From the NCBI RefSeq assembly GCF_003231495.1, contig NZ_PQWO01000002.1, positions 240,001-272,000 on the forward strand: a DNA stretch of 32,000 nt. The letters run 5' to 3'. Under the pieces are notes generated by a model. That model searched no databases. It had not been told where the DNA came from and saw only the letters and a program-made list of their open reading frames with translations. The translations under genes and the position numbers were made by a program. Origin of the DNA: Acaryochloris thomasi RCC1774. Its GTDB lineage: Bacteria; Cyanobacteriota; Cyanobacteriia; Thermosynechococcales; Thermosynechococcaceae. Below, in pieces: positions 8,702 through 17,436 of this stretch (its first letter is position 1; every line of letters begins with the position of its first letter).

Positions 8702-9784
8702 ATGGAAGTTGGTGTTCCGAAAGAAATTAAAGACCAGGAATACCGGGTGGGACTGACGCCCGGTAGCGTTCGTGTTCTGAGCGAAGCAGGGCATCGGGTT
8801 TTTGTTGAAACGTTAGCCGGTGACGGTTCTGGTTTTGACGATCAGGATTATATAGAGGCGGGAGCCAAGATTGTGGCCACGGCATCCGAAGCCTGGAGTC
8901 GAGAGCTTGTGATTAAGGTCAAGGAGCCACTCACTGCAGAATACGGATTTCTCCGTGCGAACCAGATTCTGTTTACCTATCTCCATTTGGCGGCCAATCG
9001 AGAGCTAACGGAGGCGTTGCTAGAAGCGGGAGGCGTTGCGATCGCATATGAATCCGTAGAACTCCCCTCGGGAGCCTTTCCTTTACTTAGCCCTATGAGC
9101 GTGATCGCGGGTCGGCTTTCCATTCAGTTTGGGGCTCACTTTCTAGAGCGACAGCAGGGTGGACGCGGTGTGCTGTTGAGCGGTATTCCTGGCGTCAAAT
9201 CGGGTCACGTCGTTATTCTTGGTGGTGGGGTGGTGGGCACAGAAGCCGCCCGTATTGCCCTGGGTATGGGCGCACAGGTCACAATTCTCGACATCAACGT
9301 CGAGCGATTAGCTTACCTAGAGACCTTATTTGGTTCCCAAGTAGAACTGCTTTACAGCACGTCACAGTCCATTGCTGAAGCGGTACCCGCAGCAGACCTT
9401 GTGGTGGGTGCCGTCCTTGTCCCTGGGAAAAAGCCGCCGACGCTTGTATCACGCCAGCTAGTTGAGAGAATGCGACCCGGTTCAGTGATTGTCGATGTTG
9501 CGGTTGATCAGGGGGGCTGCATTGAAACCCTCAAGGTTACATCCCACAGCAGCCCCACCTATACCAAAGCGGGCGTCGTTCATTACGGCGTTCCTAATAT
9601 GCCGGGGGCTGTTCCGTGGACGGCAACGCAAGCTCTGAATCACAGTACGCTGCCCTATATACTTCAGCTAGCGAACCAGGGGCTGACGGCATTGGAGAAA
9701 AATGCCTCGCTTGCGAAGGGACTCAACGTCAAAAATCATCAGCTTCTGCATCCAGCCGTACAGGAAGTTTTTCCTGATTTATAG
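8702..9784 (+). CDS. ald: Alanine dehydrogenase
   Basis: 360 aa. N-terminus MEVGVPKEIKDQEYRVGLTP. Rossmann VVILGGGVVGTEAARIALGMGAQVTILD. ...HYGVPNMPGAVP. Confidence 0.92.
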   Translation: MEVGVPKEIKDQEYRVGLTPGSVRVLSEAGHRVFVETLAGDGSGFDDQDYIEAGAKIVATASEAWSRELVIKVKEPLTAEYGFLRANQILFTYLHLAANRELTEALLEAGGVAIAYESVELPSGAFPLLSPMSVIAGRLSIQFGAHFLERQQGGRGVLLSGIPGVKSGHVVILGGGVVGTEAARIALGMGAQVTILDINVERLAYLETLFGSQVELLYSTSQSIAEAVPAADLVVGAVLVPGKKPPTLVSRQLVERMRPGSVIVDVAVDQGGCIETLKVTSHSSPTYTKAGVVHYGVPNMPGAVPWTATQALNHSTLPYILQLANQGLTALEKNASLAKGLNVKNHQLLHPAVQEVFPDL

Positions 9785-9807
9785 CGAGAGAGGTGCGGTA
9801 TTTCCCC

Positions 9808-9834
9808 AGTCCGCAGCGGCGGACTTTGTTCTTG
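9808..9834. terminator. Hairpin terminator between the convergent ald and hydrolase genes
   Basis: AGTCCGC (9808..9814), loop AGCG, GCGGACT (9819..9825), then TTGTTCTTG. It starts 24 nt after the ald stop. Confidence 0.5.
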
Positions 9835-9845
9835 TAGACGCGAAT

Positions 9846-10682
9846 TCATTCGCTGGTCTTTAAGTCAGCTTCAACGATCTGTGAAAAATCCTGCAGAGCT
9901 TGGCGATAGCTCGCTCCGGCAACGGCCTGTACATTATTGTGGTGGGCCTCTGGAACCCAGAAGAATTGTTTGGGGTTTGGCGCAGCTTCAAACAGTTCTT
10001 GACCGTGCTTAAAAGCGATAATGTGATCGGTCTGACCGTGAATGATCAGCACTGGACAGTTGACCTTGGCAAGGCGATCAATATTCGGAAATTTCTCAAA
10101 GGGCAGGATCGGGAACGGTAGCAGAACTCTGAAAATCTTGGTAAAACTGCTTTCCAGAATCAGGCCCGCCACCGGCTCTTGAGCCGCAAGGTAAGCGCTG
10201 GGTCCCCCGCCAACAGATTGGCCCTGCACAATAATCTGACTGGGGGACAGTGCCAGCTCATCAACCAGATAGTCATAGGCTGCCTCGATATCTCGATAGA
10301 CCCCTTTCTCTGATGGCGTGCCGCTATTAGTGCCGTAGCCGCGATAGTCGTAGGCAAACACAGAGAATCCCGCCTGTTTGATATCTTCTAAAGCAAAGCG
10401 AATGGTCCCTAGATCGGAGGCGTTGCCGTGGCTGTAGAGAATCGTATATTTGGCCTCAGGATTCTTGAGATGCAGCGCTGAAAGCTGTTGCCCGTCTTCC
10501 GCTGCGATTTTGAGGATTTCGTCCGTATCTTGATAGCTGCTGGGTGGGGGCTGAAAAATCAGGCGATCGCCAAAAAAGTAAATTCCCACCGCAAAGAGCG
10601 CATAAATGATCAAAGTGGAGCGGACCAACCGCAGCACAGAAAACTTCCCGACTAACAGGTTCATTAGCGTGTGTTTGTCCAT
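9846..10682 (-). CDS. Membrane-anchored alpha/beta hydrolase
   Basis: N-terminal TM helix (LIIYALFAVGIYFFG), HG oxyanion motif (LYSHGNA), nucleophile elbow GQSVGG, and a distal IIHGQTDHII block. The start is 17 nt after the CHAT gene stop. Confidence 0.8.
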   Translation of the reverse strand: MDKHTLMNLLVGKFSVLRLVRSTLIIYALFAVGIYFFGDRLIFQPPPSSYQDTDEILKIAAEDGQQLSALHLKNPEAKYTILYSHGNASDLGTIRFALEDIKQAGFSVFAYDYRGYGTNSGTPSEKGVYRDIEAAYDYLVDELALSPSQIIVQGQSVGGGPSAYLAAQEPVAGLILESSFTKIFRVLLPFPILPFEKFPNIDRLAKVNCPVLIIHGQTDHIIAFKHGQELFEAAPNPKQFFWVPEAHHNNVQAVAGASYRQALQDFSQIVEADLKTSE

Positions 10683-10699
10683 TTAGGCTGATCTCCTCC

Positions 10700-13435
10700 T
10701 TACTGTGCTTCACCCATCAGCATAAAGGCCGCCCAGTCTTTGGGATTGGGGTGCTGCTGACGCGTGATCAGCATGGCTTGGCGTAGAGCCTGGGCTTTAT
10801 TGAGAGTAGATTTCTGGCGATAAAATTCCGTCATCAGTGCTGCGGTGGGGGCATCAGGAACTGACCATAGCGAAACGACGATGCTTGGGGTGCCTGCTGC
10901 CATAAACGCCCTGGCTAAACCGACGACGCCATCGCCCGTAATGGTTCCGATTCCAGTGTTACAGGCACTGAGAACAACGAGGTTGGCCTGGAGTCTGAGA
11001 TTGATGATTTCGGCGGTGGTGAGGAAGCCATCGGTGCTGGAAAGGGGAGCCGAAGGGGATGAGGGAGCCATGCTGGCAGAAGAGGGGGTGAGGGCAATCG
11101 CGCCGGGGGTATCTAGGCTGAGTTCATCTAGGAGGCCGTGGGTTGCCAGGTGGATGGTGCTGGCAGTGGTCATCTGTTGAACGACAGCGGTTTCTGTCGC
11201 TGCAGGGCCAATGAGGGCTTGCGTGTTGAGGAGAGTTGCGATCGCAACTGCTTCCTGCTCAGCTCCGGGCAATGGTGTGAGGGGCTGCCGTCTTGAACCC
11301 ACTTGAATGGAAGGCATCTGGGGATTGCCAACCACGAGGCTTTCGCCAGGACCGGACGGAGCTTTGCGCTGTTCTCGCGTGAAGGCTAGCAGTTGAATCG
11401 AGGGCGAACTGACCAGCGTGTGCTTTAGAATCAATGGCCCCTCATCACTCTGGAGCGCGGGGAAGGGCACCAGAAAGAGTTCTCGATGGGGAATGATCAC
11501 AACATGCTGTTCAGGATCGGTGGGCAGCAAATCGGCAATGGGTTCAATCAAAAGTTGATGCAGTTGGCGTAAAGGCGGCGTGCCCGTCTTGTCCGTAGAG
11601 AGATTGGTGGCGACGATAGCAATTCCGCCTCTGTCCTTGATGCCTATTGCTTCCTGAGTTGCCTCAATTAAATCCGGTAGGGACTGATCCGTCAGATCCA
11701 CCGTTCGGAGTTGAATCGCTCCACTGGGAGCAATCACCCAAATCAAAAGCTGATCTTCAAGTAGCGAATACTCGACGAGTGTAGAATCCTGGGCACGGGC
11801 GATGTCTCGTAGTTCCTGGACTGTCAGGGGTGCTTTTGGGGGCCGAGGGTGAGTCGTCTGTGCTTCGAAGCGGGAGGCGAGCAGCTCGATGAAGGCGCGG
11901 GCGCGGCTCCGTTCGGAAACCTCCAAGGCTGCAATATCCTGGCCCTGAGCAATCAGAGCAGATTGCAGGTGCTGATACGTGGCCGCTTGGGTCTCAAAGA
12001 GGGCCACCTGATGCTCATCTGAGAGTCCTGGCCGCAGCGACTCCCAAATCTCAATAGCCTCTAAGAGGTTCGCAGCCGCCTTAGGATACTGCTGAGCTTG
12101 CAAAAGGGCTTGCCCCATATTGTGAAGCGTTAGGCCCATACCGGGCTGATCTGCGGTCCGGCGTTGGATCTCTAGGGCTTGTTCGAAGGTCTGCAGTGCC
12201 CGCTGCATTTGCTCTTGGTCAAGGTAGACCTCTCCCAGATGGTTAAGCGTTGCCCCAATCCCGACCTGATCGTCATGCGTCCGGGCGAGGCTGAGGGCTG
12301 TTGTCAAAGCCTCAATTGCGTTGGAGAGCTTCCCTTGCCTGAAATAGGCCACCCCCCGCGCATCCAGGATCAGGCGTTCACCCCCTGCTTTCCCCGGATA
12401 GCTGGGCGGGAGATATTGGAAGAGCCGCCAGGCTTGTTCGAGGGAGGCCAGCGCCTGAGGTGATCTCCCTTGCTGGATTTGAATCCGAGCAAGGCGATGG
12501 TGCAATAATCCTTCTTCTTTGGGGTGTTCATACAGCCCTCCATCAAATCGGAGTGGGTTTTGGGTCTGGAGGGTTGCGATCGCATCCTCTAAAACTCGTC
12601 CTGCCTTGTCATATTGCCCCAAGCGCTCGTAGGCAGAAGCCAAGCTAGTTAGCGAGATCCCAATCCCTTCTTGATCCTCAATCTCACGCTGCAGCGTCAA
12701 TGCGCGTTGGTAATAAGTGAGCGCCTGAGGATACTGACCGAGCTGTAAATAGAGAGTCCCTAACTGATGCAGACAGTCCCCTTGGCGCTGTAGGTCGCTA
12801 TCTTGCTGATAGATTGCGAGTGCCTGCTGAAAGAGAGACAAAGCCGTCTGAAGATTTCCCCGCTGGCTCTGCTGCTCTGCCCTCGTGTAGATCTCTTGCC
12901 CCGCATCAGAGAAAAGACAGACTGTCGCAGGCTTCACCGGACAGACCTTCGGGTTGATCGGATTCGTGAGGAGATTTAGCAACCGGAGATGCTTAAGACT
13001 TGCCAGTTTACTCACCTCTCGAACCTGATTTTGCTCAAGCACCACATATTCCAGATTCGTTAGCTTCGCTAAGGGACGGATATCCTGAATCTGATTGAAG
13101 GCCAGATTGAGATGTTTCAGTTGCGGGAGCGTCACTAGGGGAGTGATGTCTGTGAGTTCTTGATTAATCAAATCTAGGCTGAGTTGAGTCTCAAGAACTT
13201 GCTCCGCCTGCCGACAATCTGTTGTCGCTGCGACCTGGAGCATTGCCATGATCGTCCGCTGCTGAGCAATTGAAAACTGATCTTGCTCTCTACACCAATC
13301 GGTAAAACGATTTGACTGCGAAGGGGCTGCATTTAGCTTCTCGAGACCTAGTCCTGATCCCATCGCCAACAGCAGTATTCCAGCCCACTGAGCAACCAAC
13401 ATTGCCGCACAGCGACTGCGCCTTCCCCTCTTCAT
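10700..13435 (-). CDS. Secreted LRR - TPR - CHAT domain protein (caspase-like protease fold)
   Basis: Signal peptide. About four LRRs: LDLINQELTDITPLVTLPQLKHLNLAFNQIQDIRPLAKLTNLEYVVLEQNQVREV... About 8-9 TPR-like repeats with recurring ALxxYQQAL / LGxxY patterns. C-terminal CHAT domain with the His/Cys dyad context IHLATHG and LVVLSACNTG. Confidence 0.85.
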   Translation of the reverse strand: MKRGRRSRCAAMLVAQWAGILLLAMGSGLGLEKLNAAPSQSNRFTDWCREQDQFSIAQQRTIMAMLQVAATTDCRQAEQVLETQLSLDLINQELTDITPLVTLPQLKHLNLAFNQIQDIRPLAKLTNLEYVVLEQNQVREVSKLASLKHLRLLNLLTNPINPKVCPVKPATVCLFSDAGQEIYTRAEQQSQRGNLQTALSLFQQALAIYQQDSDLQRQGDCLHQLGTLYLQLGQYPQALTYYQRALTLQREIEDQEGIGISLTSLASAYERLGQYDKAGRVLEDAIATLQTQNPLRFDGGLYEHPKEEGLLHHRLARIQIQQGRSPQALASLEQAWRLFQYLPPSYPGKAGGERLILDARGVAYFRQGKLSNAIEALTTALSLARTHDDQVGIGATLNHLGEVYLDQEQMQRALQTFEQALEIQRRTADQPGMGLTLHNMGQALLQAQQYPKAAANLLEAIEIWESLRPGLSDEHQVALFETQAATYQHLQSALIAQGQDIAALEVSERSRARAFIELLASRFEAQTTHPRPPKAPLTVQELRDIARAQDSTLVEYSLLEDQLLIWVIAPSGAIQLRTVDLTDQSLPDLIEATQEAIGIKDRGGIAIVATNLSTDKTGTPPLRQLHQLLIEPIADLLPTDPEQHVVIIPHRELFLVPFPALQSDEGPLILKHTLVSSPSIQLLAFTREQRKAPSGPGESLVVGNPQMPSIQVGSRRQPLTPLPGAEQEAVAIATLLNTQALIGPAATETAVVQQMTTASTIHLATHGLLDELSLDTPGAIALTPSSASMAPSSPSAPLSSTDGFLTTAEIINLRLQANLVVLSACNTGIGTITGDGVVGLARAFMAAGTPSIVVSLWSVPDAPTAALMTEFYRQKSTLNKAQALRQAMLITRQQHPNPKDWAAFMLMGEAQ

Positions 13436-13556
13436 TGATTTCCCCCGTGGTCTGCTGGCCGCCTACGCGACTAGCTATAGGGTGCCCATTCTGCGGAAAT
13501 CTCAGAGCAATTGCCGATTGACGGTGAGACAGATGCTTTCGCCCTGCTGCAAGCTT

Positions 13557-14099
13557 TTAGGAGCCACACCATGTTGCAGAGCAAGCCGCCACCGTTTGCC
13601 ACTCTTCAATGGTGTCAGGCGAGATGGCGAGTCTTAGCGTTTGGTGATCTGCGGTGGAGATCGATAAATCAAGGAACATTGTATTCCCCAGCTCAATTAA
13701 AACCGGCTGCAGATTCCACTGGCCGACGTGGGGTTCAGTGGGATTCGTTTTGGACACCTGATCTGAAACGTTATCTACCGTTAACTTTTGGCCCAGAGAC
13801 GTGAGCAACATCAGCGGCTGTTCATGGTCAAGCTCCACCGTGCCCGGAAAGCCTACTAATCGGAGTTGAAGAGGGCCAGAGCTGCCTGAACGTGCAAACT
13901 TAAAAGCGACAGCCTGCCAAGTATAGCCTCGCTGATCTTGAAGGGTTCGGCGGGTTTGGTACAGCATCTGACCGTCGTTATCAGGATGGATATATACCTC
14001 TGCGGCAGCAGATCCAGCCGTCCCTCCCAAAAAAAGGCTCATAAACAGTATGAGCGCGCATACTCTGTAGCCGATTGTTTGTCGCTGCTTTCTAAACAT
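13557..14099 (-). CDS. Secreted hypothetical protein (cyanobacteria-type, possibly DUF3122-like)
   Basis: 180 aa. Signal peptide ending AGSAAAEV. No catalytic motif recognised. The family guess is from memory only. Confidence 0.5.
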   Translation of the reverse strand: MFRKQRQTIGYRVCALILFMSLFLGGTAGSAAAEVYIHPDNDGQMLYQTRRTLQDQRGYTWQAVAFKFARSGSSGPLQLRLVGFPGTVELDHEQPLMLLTSLGQKLTVDNVSDQVSKTNPTEPHVGQWNLQPVLIELGNTMFLDLSISTADHQTLRLAISPDTIEEWQTVAACSATWCGS

Positions 14100-14133
14100 A
14101 GCGGCTCCGTCAGTTTTCCTTTGCCTGAACTGG

Positions 14134-14994
14134 CTAGAACTTCAAGATCTGATCCATCATTCGCTCTGCCTGGGAGCCATAGCTGCCGCCAAACAGGTTG
14201 AAGTGGTTCAGGATGTGATACAGGTTGTACAAAATTTTGCGCTGCTGATAGGCATCGTCCAAAGGCCAAGCTTCATGGTAGCCCTGATAAAAGGCTCGCG
14301 GGAAGCCGCCAAATAGCTCCGTCATTGCCACATCGACCTCGCGATCGCCATAGTAAACGGCCGGGTCTAAAATCACCGGCTCACCTTGAGTAAATGCTGC
14401 ATTGCCAGACCATAAATCACCATGCACCAGCGATGGTTGCGGTCTGTGAGCCGCCAGAATCTCAGGAATGGCCTTCAGGAGTGCTGCTTCTTGCAGAAAG
14501 TAAGCTCCACGCCGCTGAGCCAAGCGGAGCTGGTAGCCAATCCGATGTTTGGCAAAGAACGCTCCCCAGTCAGTTGTCCAGGGATTTTGTTGGGGTGTAT
14601 CGCCAATGGTGTTGCTCTGGCGCCAGCCAAAGTGTTCGTTCACTTGGTGGTGCATGGTGGCCAACTGCTGGCCCATTTTGGCCCAGTTTGCCTTGGGACC
14701 AGATCCTAGCTCCAACCACTCCAGCACAATGTAACTCTGCCCCTCTGCTGTTCCCCAGCAGAGCGCCTGCGGGACTCGAATGGCCTGCGCCTGACCCATC
14801 TCTCGCAGACCCAGCGCTTCGGCCTCAAACATCGCCACCTTACTTGCTTGGTTGAGCTTTACGAAGTAGGGCTGACTGCCGTCGCTGATTTGGTATGCCT
14901 GATTAATACTGCCGCCCCCAACAGAACGGCGGTCTTGGATAGAAAAAGAGGTCTGAGTGACCTGCTGAATGTGATCTTGAATTGTCTGCCACAT
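14134..14994 (-). CDS. Fructosamine/ketosamine-3-kinase family protein
   Basis: FVKLN, HGDLWSGN catalytic loop, DPAVYYGDREVD. I prefer ATG at 14994 (MWQTIQ..., as in E. coli YniA-type proteins, which begin MWQ) over the track's TTG at 15006. The TTG start would sit inside the hairpin listed next. Confidence 0.85.
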   Translation of the reverse strand: MWQTIQDHIQQVTQTSFSIQDRRSVGGGSINQAYQISDGSQPYFVKLNQASKVAMFEAEALGLREMGQAQAIRVPQALCWGTAEGQSYIVLEWLELGSGPKANWAKMGQQLATMHHQVNEHFGWRQSNTIGDTPQQNPWTTDWGAFFAKHRIGYQLRLAQRRGAYFLQEAALLKAIPEILAAHRPQPSLVHGDLWSGNAAFTQGEPVILDPAVYYGDREVDVAMTELFGGFPRAFYQGYHEAWPLDDAYQQRKILYNLYHILNHFNLFGGSYGSQAERMMDQILKF

Positions 14995-15004
14995 AAATAG
15001 ACTC

Positions 15005-15045
15005 AAAGCAACCTGGAAATACAGTGGGTATTACCGGGTTGCTTT
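15005..15045 (-). terminator. Long hairpin downstream of cp12, abutting the kinase start
   Basis: Arms at 15005..15022 and 15028..15045 pair at 16 of 18 positions around a 5-nt loop. On the minus strand the 3' arm ends ...GGTTGCTTT and is followed by GAGTCTATTT. Confidence 0.5.
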
Positions 15046-15090
15046 AGAACAGAAACATCGTCTATCGATAGACTGTTGACGGTGTTGTGT

Positions 15091-15318
15091 CTAGTCGTCG
15101 TAGATTCGGCACTCTGCTGCTTCAGGATTGTCGTCGCAGTACTGCTCTAGAGAGCTTTTCTTTTTCTCAGGCTTGCTGCGCTGGTGTGAAGCTTCTGCTT
15201 GCAATTCCTCGACGGCATCCCAAGCTGCCGCGCATTCGCCAGACTGGGCACCTTTGGTATCACAAGCCTCTCGGGCTTGCTCGAGTTCTTGTTCAATTTT
15301 TTCTTTAAGGTCAGCCAT
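15091..15318 (-). CDS. cp12: CP12 (Calvin-cycle GAPDH/PRK regulator)
   Basis: 75 aa. N-terminal Cys pair (EACDTKGAQSGEC), core AWDAVEEL, and C-terminal CDDNPEAAEC followed by RIYDD. Confidence 0.92.
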   Translation of the reverse strand: MADLKEKIEQELEQAREACDTKGAQSGECAAAWDAVEELQAEASHQRSKPEKKKSSLEQYCDDNPEAAECRIYDD

Positions 15319-15468
15319 ATCGTGTCTTTTTATTCCTTGTTCAGAGGTGTTCCGTTCACTGATTTAGTTTAGCCTGAGTCCACCGTAGTCGACATCCATC
15401 TGAAGAAAGGCCCTTTTCATACTGTTTTAGGGATCTTGGCTGACGGGTAGGTCTTTAAATCTAAAATC

Positions 15469-15610
15469 TGTGCCCGTTTATGGAACCTTGACCTCCAAAA
15501 GTGGAAAAAAGTGTAATCCTGGGCACATTGAAGGTGTATTTACAACGTCTTTGTCCATTTACAGAACCTTAACCCCGAAAAATTAAGGAATTGTAAGCTT
15601 GGACACATTC
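15469..15610. repeat. Imperfect direct repeat, two units with a period of 80-81 bp
   Basis: By my hand alignment, 15469..15500 matches 15550..15581 at 24 of 32 positions, and 15511..15530 matches 15591..15610 at 15 of 20 positions. Confidence 0.6.
15512..15527. promoter_or_regulatory. CRP/NtcA-family-like palindrome, copy 1 (TGTAA-N6-GCACA)
   Basis: TGTAATCCTGGGCACA. It retains the GT-N10-AC core. I see no convincing -10 box at the expected distance. Confidence 0.25.
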
Positions 15611-15634
15611 ATTGCCAATCTGTGTTCATATACT
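15592..15634 (+). promoter_or_regulatory. Candidate NtcA/CRP-type class II promoter: TGTAA-N6-ACACA, 22 nt, TATACT
   Basis: GTA (15593..15595), N8, CAC (15604..15606), N22, TATACT (15629..15634). This matches the GTA-N8-TAC-N22-TAN3T geometry with one half-site mismatch. It lies about 35 nt upstream of the 48-codon ORF. Confidence 0.35.
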
Positions 15635-15668
15635 AATTTCCCATAAGCCATAGATAGGGAAAGACGAA

Positions 15669-15815
15669 ATGTTCACGATTTGCGATGACGTCAACCAAAC
15701 TGATTTGCTTCGGTCTTGGGTTGAAGAACTGACGGCATTCACACCACAGCAGGTTGAGAATGTTGTTCAACAGATTCAAGAGAGTGATGATGAGCGTTTT
15801 GTCTCAGTTGCCTAA
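15669..15815 (+). CDS. Small acidic hypothetical protein (48 aa), below the track's size cut-off
   Basis: Hand translation: MFTICDDVNQTDLLRSWVEELTAFTPQQVENVVQQIQESDDERFVSVA*. A purine-rich AGGGAAAG lies 8-15 nt upstream. The ORF ends 62 nt before the glycosyltransferase ATG. No homology support is available here. Confidence 0.35.
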   Translation: MFTICDDVNQTDLLRSWVEELTAFTPQQVENVVQQIQESDDERFVSVA

Positions 15816-15877
15816 GTTTGTGATGGGCTTGGTTTGTTAAACTGCGATGGCTATCCAGAGCAGGTTGACCGAGCTGA

Positions 15878-16945
15878 ATGACTTTGCGTTTGCTATTCGT
15901 TTCTACATCCGTTGGACCGCTGGGGTCCGGGATGGGCGGGGGAGTTGAGCTAACAATTAATAATTTGGCGCACAGTTTGCTCCAGCGGGGGCATCAGGTG
16001 CAGGTTGTCGCGCCAGATGGGTCGCAGTTTTCAGCAGCACCCATCATAAATATAGAGGGGCAACTGCAGGTCTCGGCACAGCATCAGAGTCGGGGGACTC
16101 CGATCGAGATGCCTGGGGACTCAGTTCTTGGCAATATGTGGGCCTACGCCCGTCGAGTTCAGGCAGACTTCGACTTGATCGTCAATTTTGCCTACGACTG
16201 GTTGCCTCTCTACCTAACTCAGTTTTTTCAGACGCCTGTGGCCCATCTCATCAGTATGGGATCTTTAACGGAGGCGATAGATCAGGTTATATCTCGGGCG
16301 ATTGCCTATTCTCCGCAGTGCATTGCTGTGCATACGCGCAGTCAAGCGGAGACCTTTGATTTTGCGGATCGATGCCATGTTTTAGGCAATGGCTTTGACC
16401 TGTCGCTCTATAAGTATTGTGCTGAGCCATCGGCAGGGCTAGCGTGGCTGGGGCGAATTGCGCCGGAGAAGGCGCTTGAGGATGCGGTGAGAGCTTCGGA
16501 GCAGGCAGGGCTACCTCTACAGGTGCTAGGTCATCTACAGGATCAAGATTATTTCGACCAAACGTTATCCCAGTTCCCTGGGGCACAGGTTGATTATTTG
16601 GGTTTTCTGCCTACGGATAAGATGCAGCAGGTGTTACGCCGGTGTCGCGCGCTACTGGTGACGCCACGCTGGGTAGAGGCTTTTGGCAATGTTGTGATTG
16701 AGGCTTTGGCCTGTGGGGTGCCGGTGATTGCCTATCGGCGAGGCGGTCCGGCTGAGATTGTGCGCGATGGCGAGACGGGCTGGCTGGTGGAGCCAGATAG
16801 TGTTGAAGGGTTAGTGGATGCGATCGCAAACCTTTCCCAAATAAACCGCCATGCCTGCCGCCAGCAAGCCGAACAGGATTATTCACTTGCGGCATTGGGG
16901 GAACGGGCCGAACAGTGGTTTGACAAAATTCTGCGGCAGCCTTGA
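15878..16945 (+). CDS. GT-B glycosyltransferase (GT4 / Glycos_transf_1 type)
   Basis: N-terminal GSGMGGGVE and C-terminal PRWVEAFGNVVIEALACGVPVIAYRRGGPAEIVRDGETGWLV (E-x7-E region). Confidence 0.85.
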   Translation: MTLRLLFVSTSVGPLGSGMGGGVELTINNLAHSLLQRGHQVQVVAPDGSQFSAAPIINIEGQLQVSAQHQSRGTPIEMPGDSVLGNMWAYARRVQADFDLIVNFAYDWLPLYLTQFFQTPVAHLISMGSLTEAIDQVISRAIAYSPQCIAVHTRSQAETFDFADRCHVLGNGFDLSLYKYCAEPSAGLAWLGRIAPEKALEDAVRASEQAGLPLQVLGHLQDQDYFDQTLSQFPGAQVDYLGFLPTDKMQQVLRRCRALLVTPRWVEAFGNVVIEALACGVPVIAYRRGGPAEIVRDGETGWLVEPDSVEGLVDAIANLSQINRHACRQQAEQDYSLAALGERAEQWFDKILRQP

Positions 16946-16954
16946 AACGTGGGT

Positions 16955-17218
16955 CTAGCCTCTGTAGTCTCGTTTCAGTTCGTGTAGAGCTTTGTCTGCA
17001 CACCAAGCCCGCGATCTATCGGGGTGCTTCTGGGCAGCATGATTAATCAGACGTTCAGCCGTTGATGGCCCCACTCGCTTTCTGAGTTGTCTTTCACTGG
17101 CGCTCGTTCCTGAGGTCGATCGCTTTCCTGGCCGATGGCGGGACTGATTTTGCCCCGAGGTGTAGGTTGCCAGCATCCATCCAATGACGATGAATGCTAA
17201 CAAAATGACCCACAACAT
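16955..17218 (-). CDS. Small single-pass membrane protein, hypothetical
   Basis: With ATG at 17218 the product starts directly with a TM helix (MLWVILLAFIVIGWMLATY). A basic linker and a C-terminal AERLINHAAQKHPDRSRAWCADKALHELKRD block follow. The track start (17245) is a TTG. Confidence 0.45.
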   Translation of the reverse strand: MLWVILLAFIVIGWMLATYTSGQNQSRHRPGKRSTSGTSASERQLRKRVGPSTAERLINHAAQKHPDRSRAWCADKALHELKRDYRG

Positions 17219-17436
17219 GGCTTGATTTATCCCTAATAAGTTCAATAAATGCCGATCTCAGCACCGGTAAAGGGGAACTGAGTCACTGATCTTAGGGTGG
17301 ACGGCTTCCCTTTAGATTCCGACACTTTGACTGGAGTTGAAATAAAACCTTTGCTCAAACATAACGGTGTAGTAAGAATGGATCGGTCAAGCTTTGCTGG
17401 ATCCTGTCCCCTTTACCGAGATTGCGAGAAGCGCTA

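Noticed and set aside
4071-9784. gdhA and ald in the same 6 kb as a possible nitrogen-metabolism island
   Set aside because: The genes are on opposite strands and separated by unrelated housekeeping genes (FKBP, Tic22-like, prmC). Nothing suggests co-regulation or a shared operon.
17265-17418. Perfect 12-bp inverted repeat (CGGTAAAGGGGA / TCCCCTTTACCG) separated by 130 nt, upstream of the ArsC-like gene
   Set aside because: By rough estimate, a 12-bp inverted repeat within 200 nt is expected about 0.4 times by chance in a 32-kb window. The arms cannot be extended, so it is not significant on its own.
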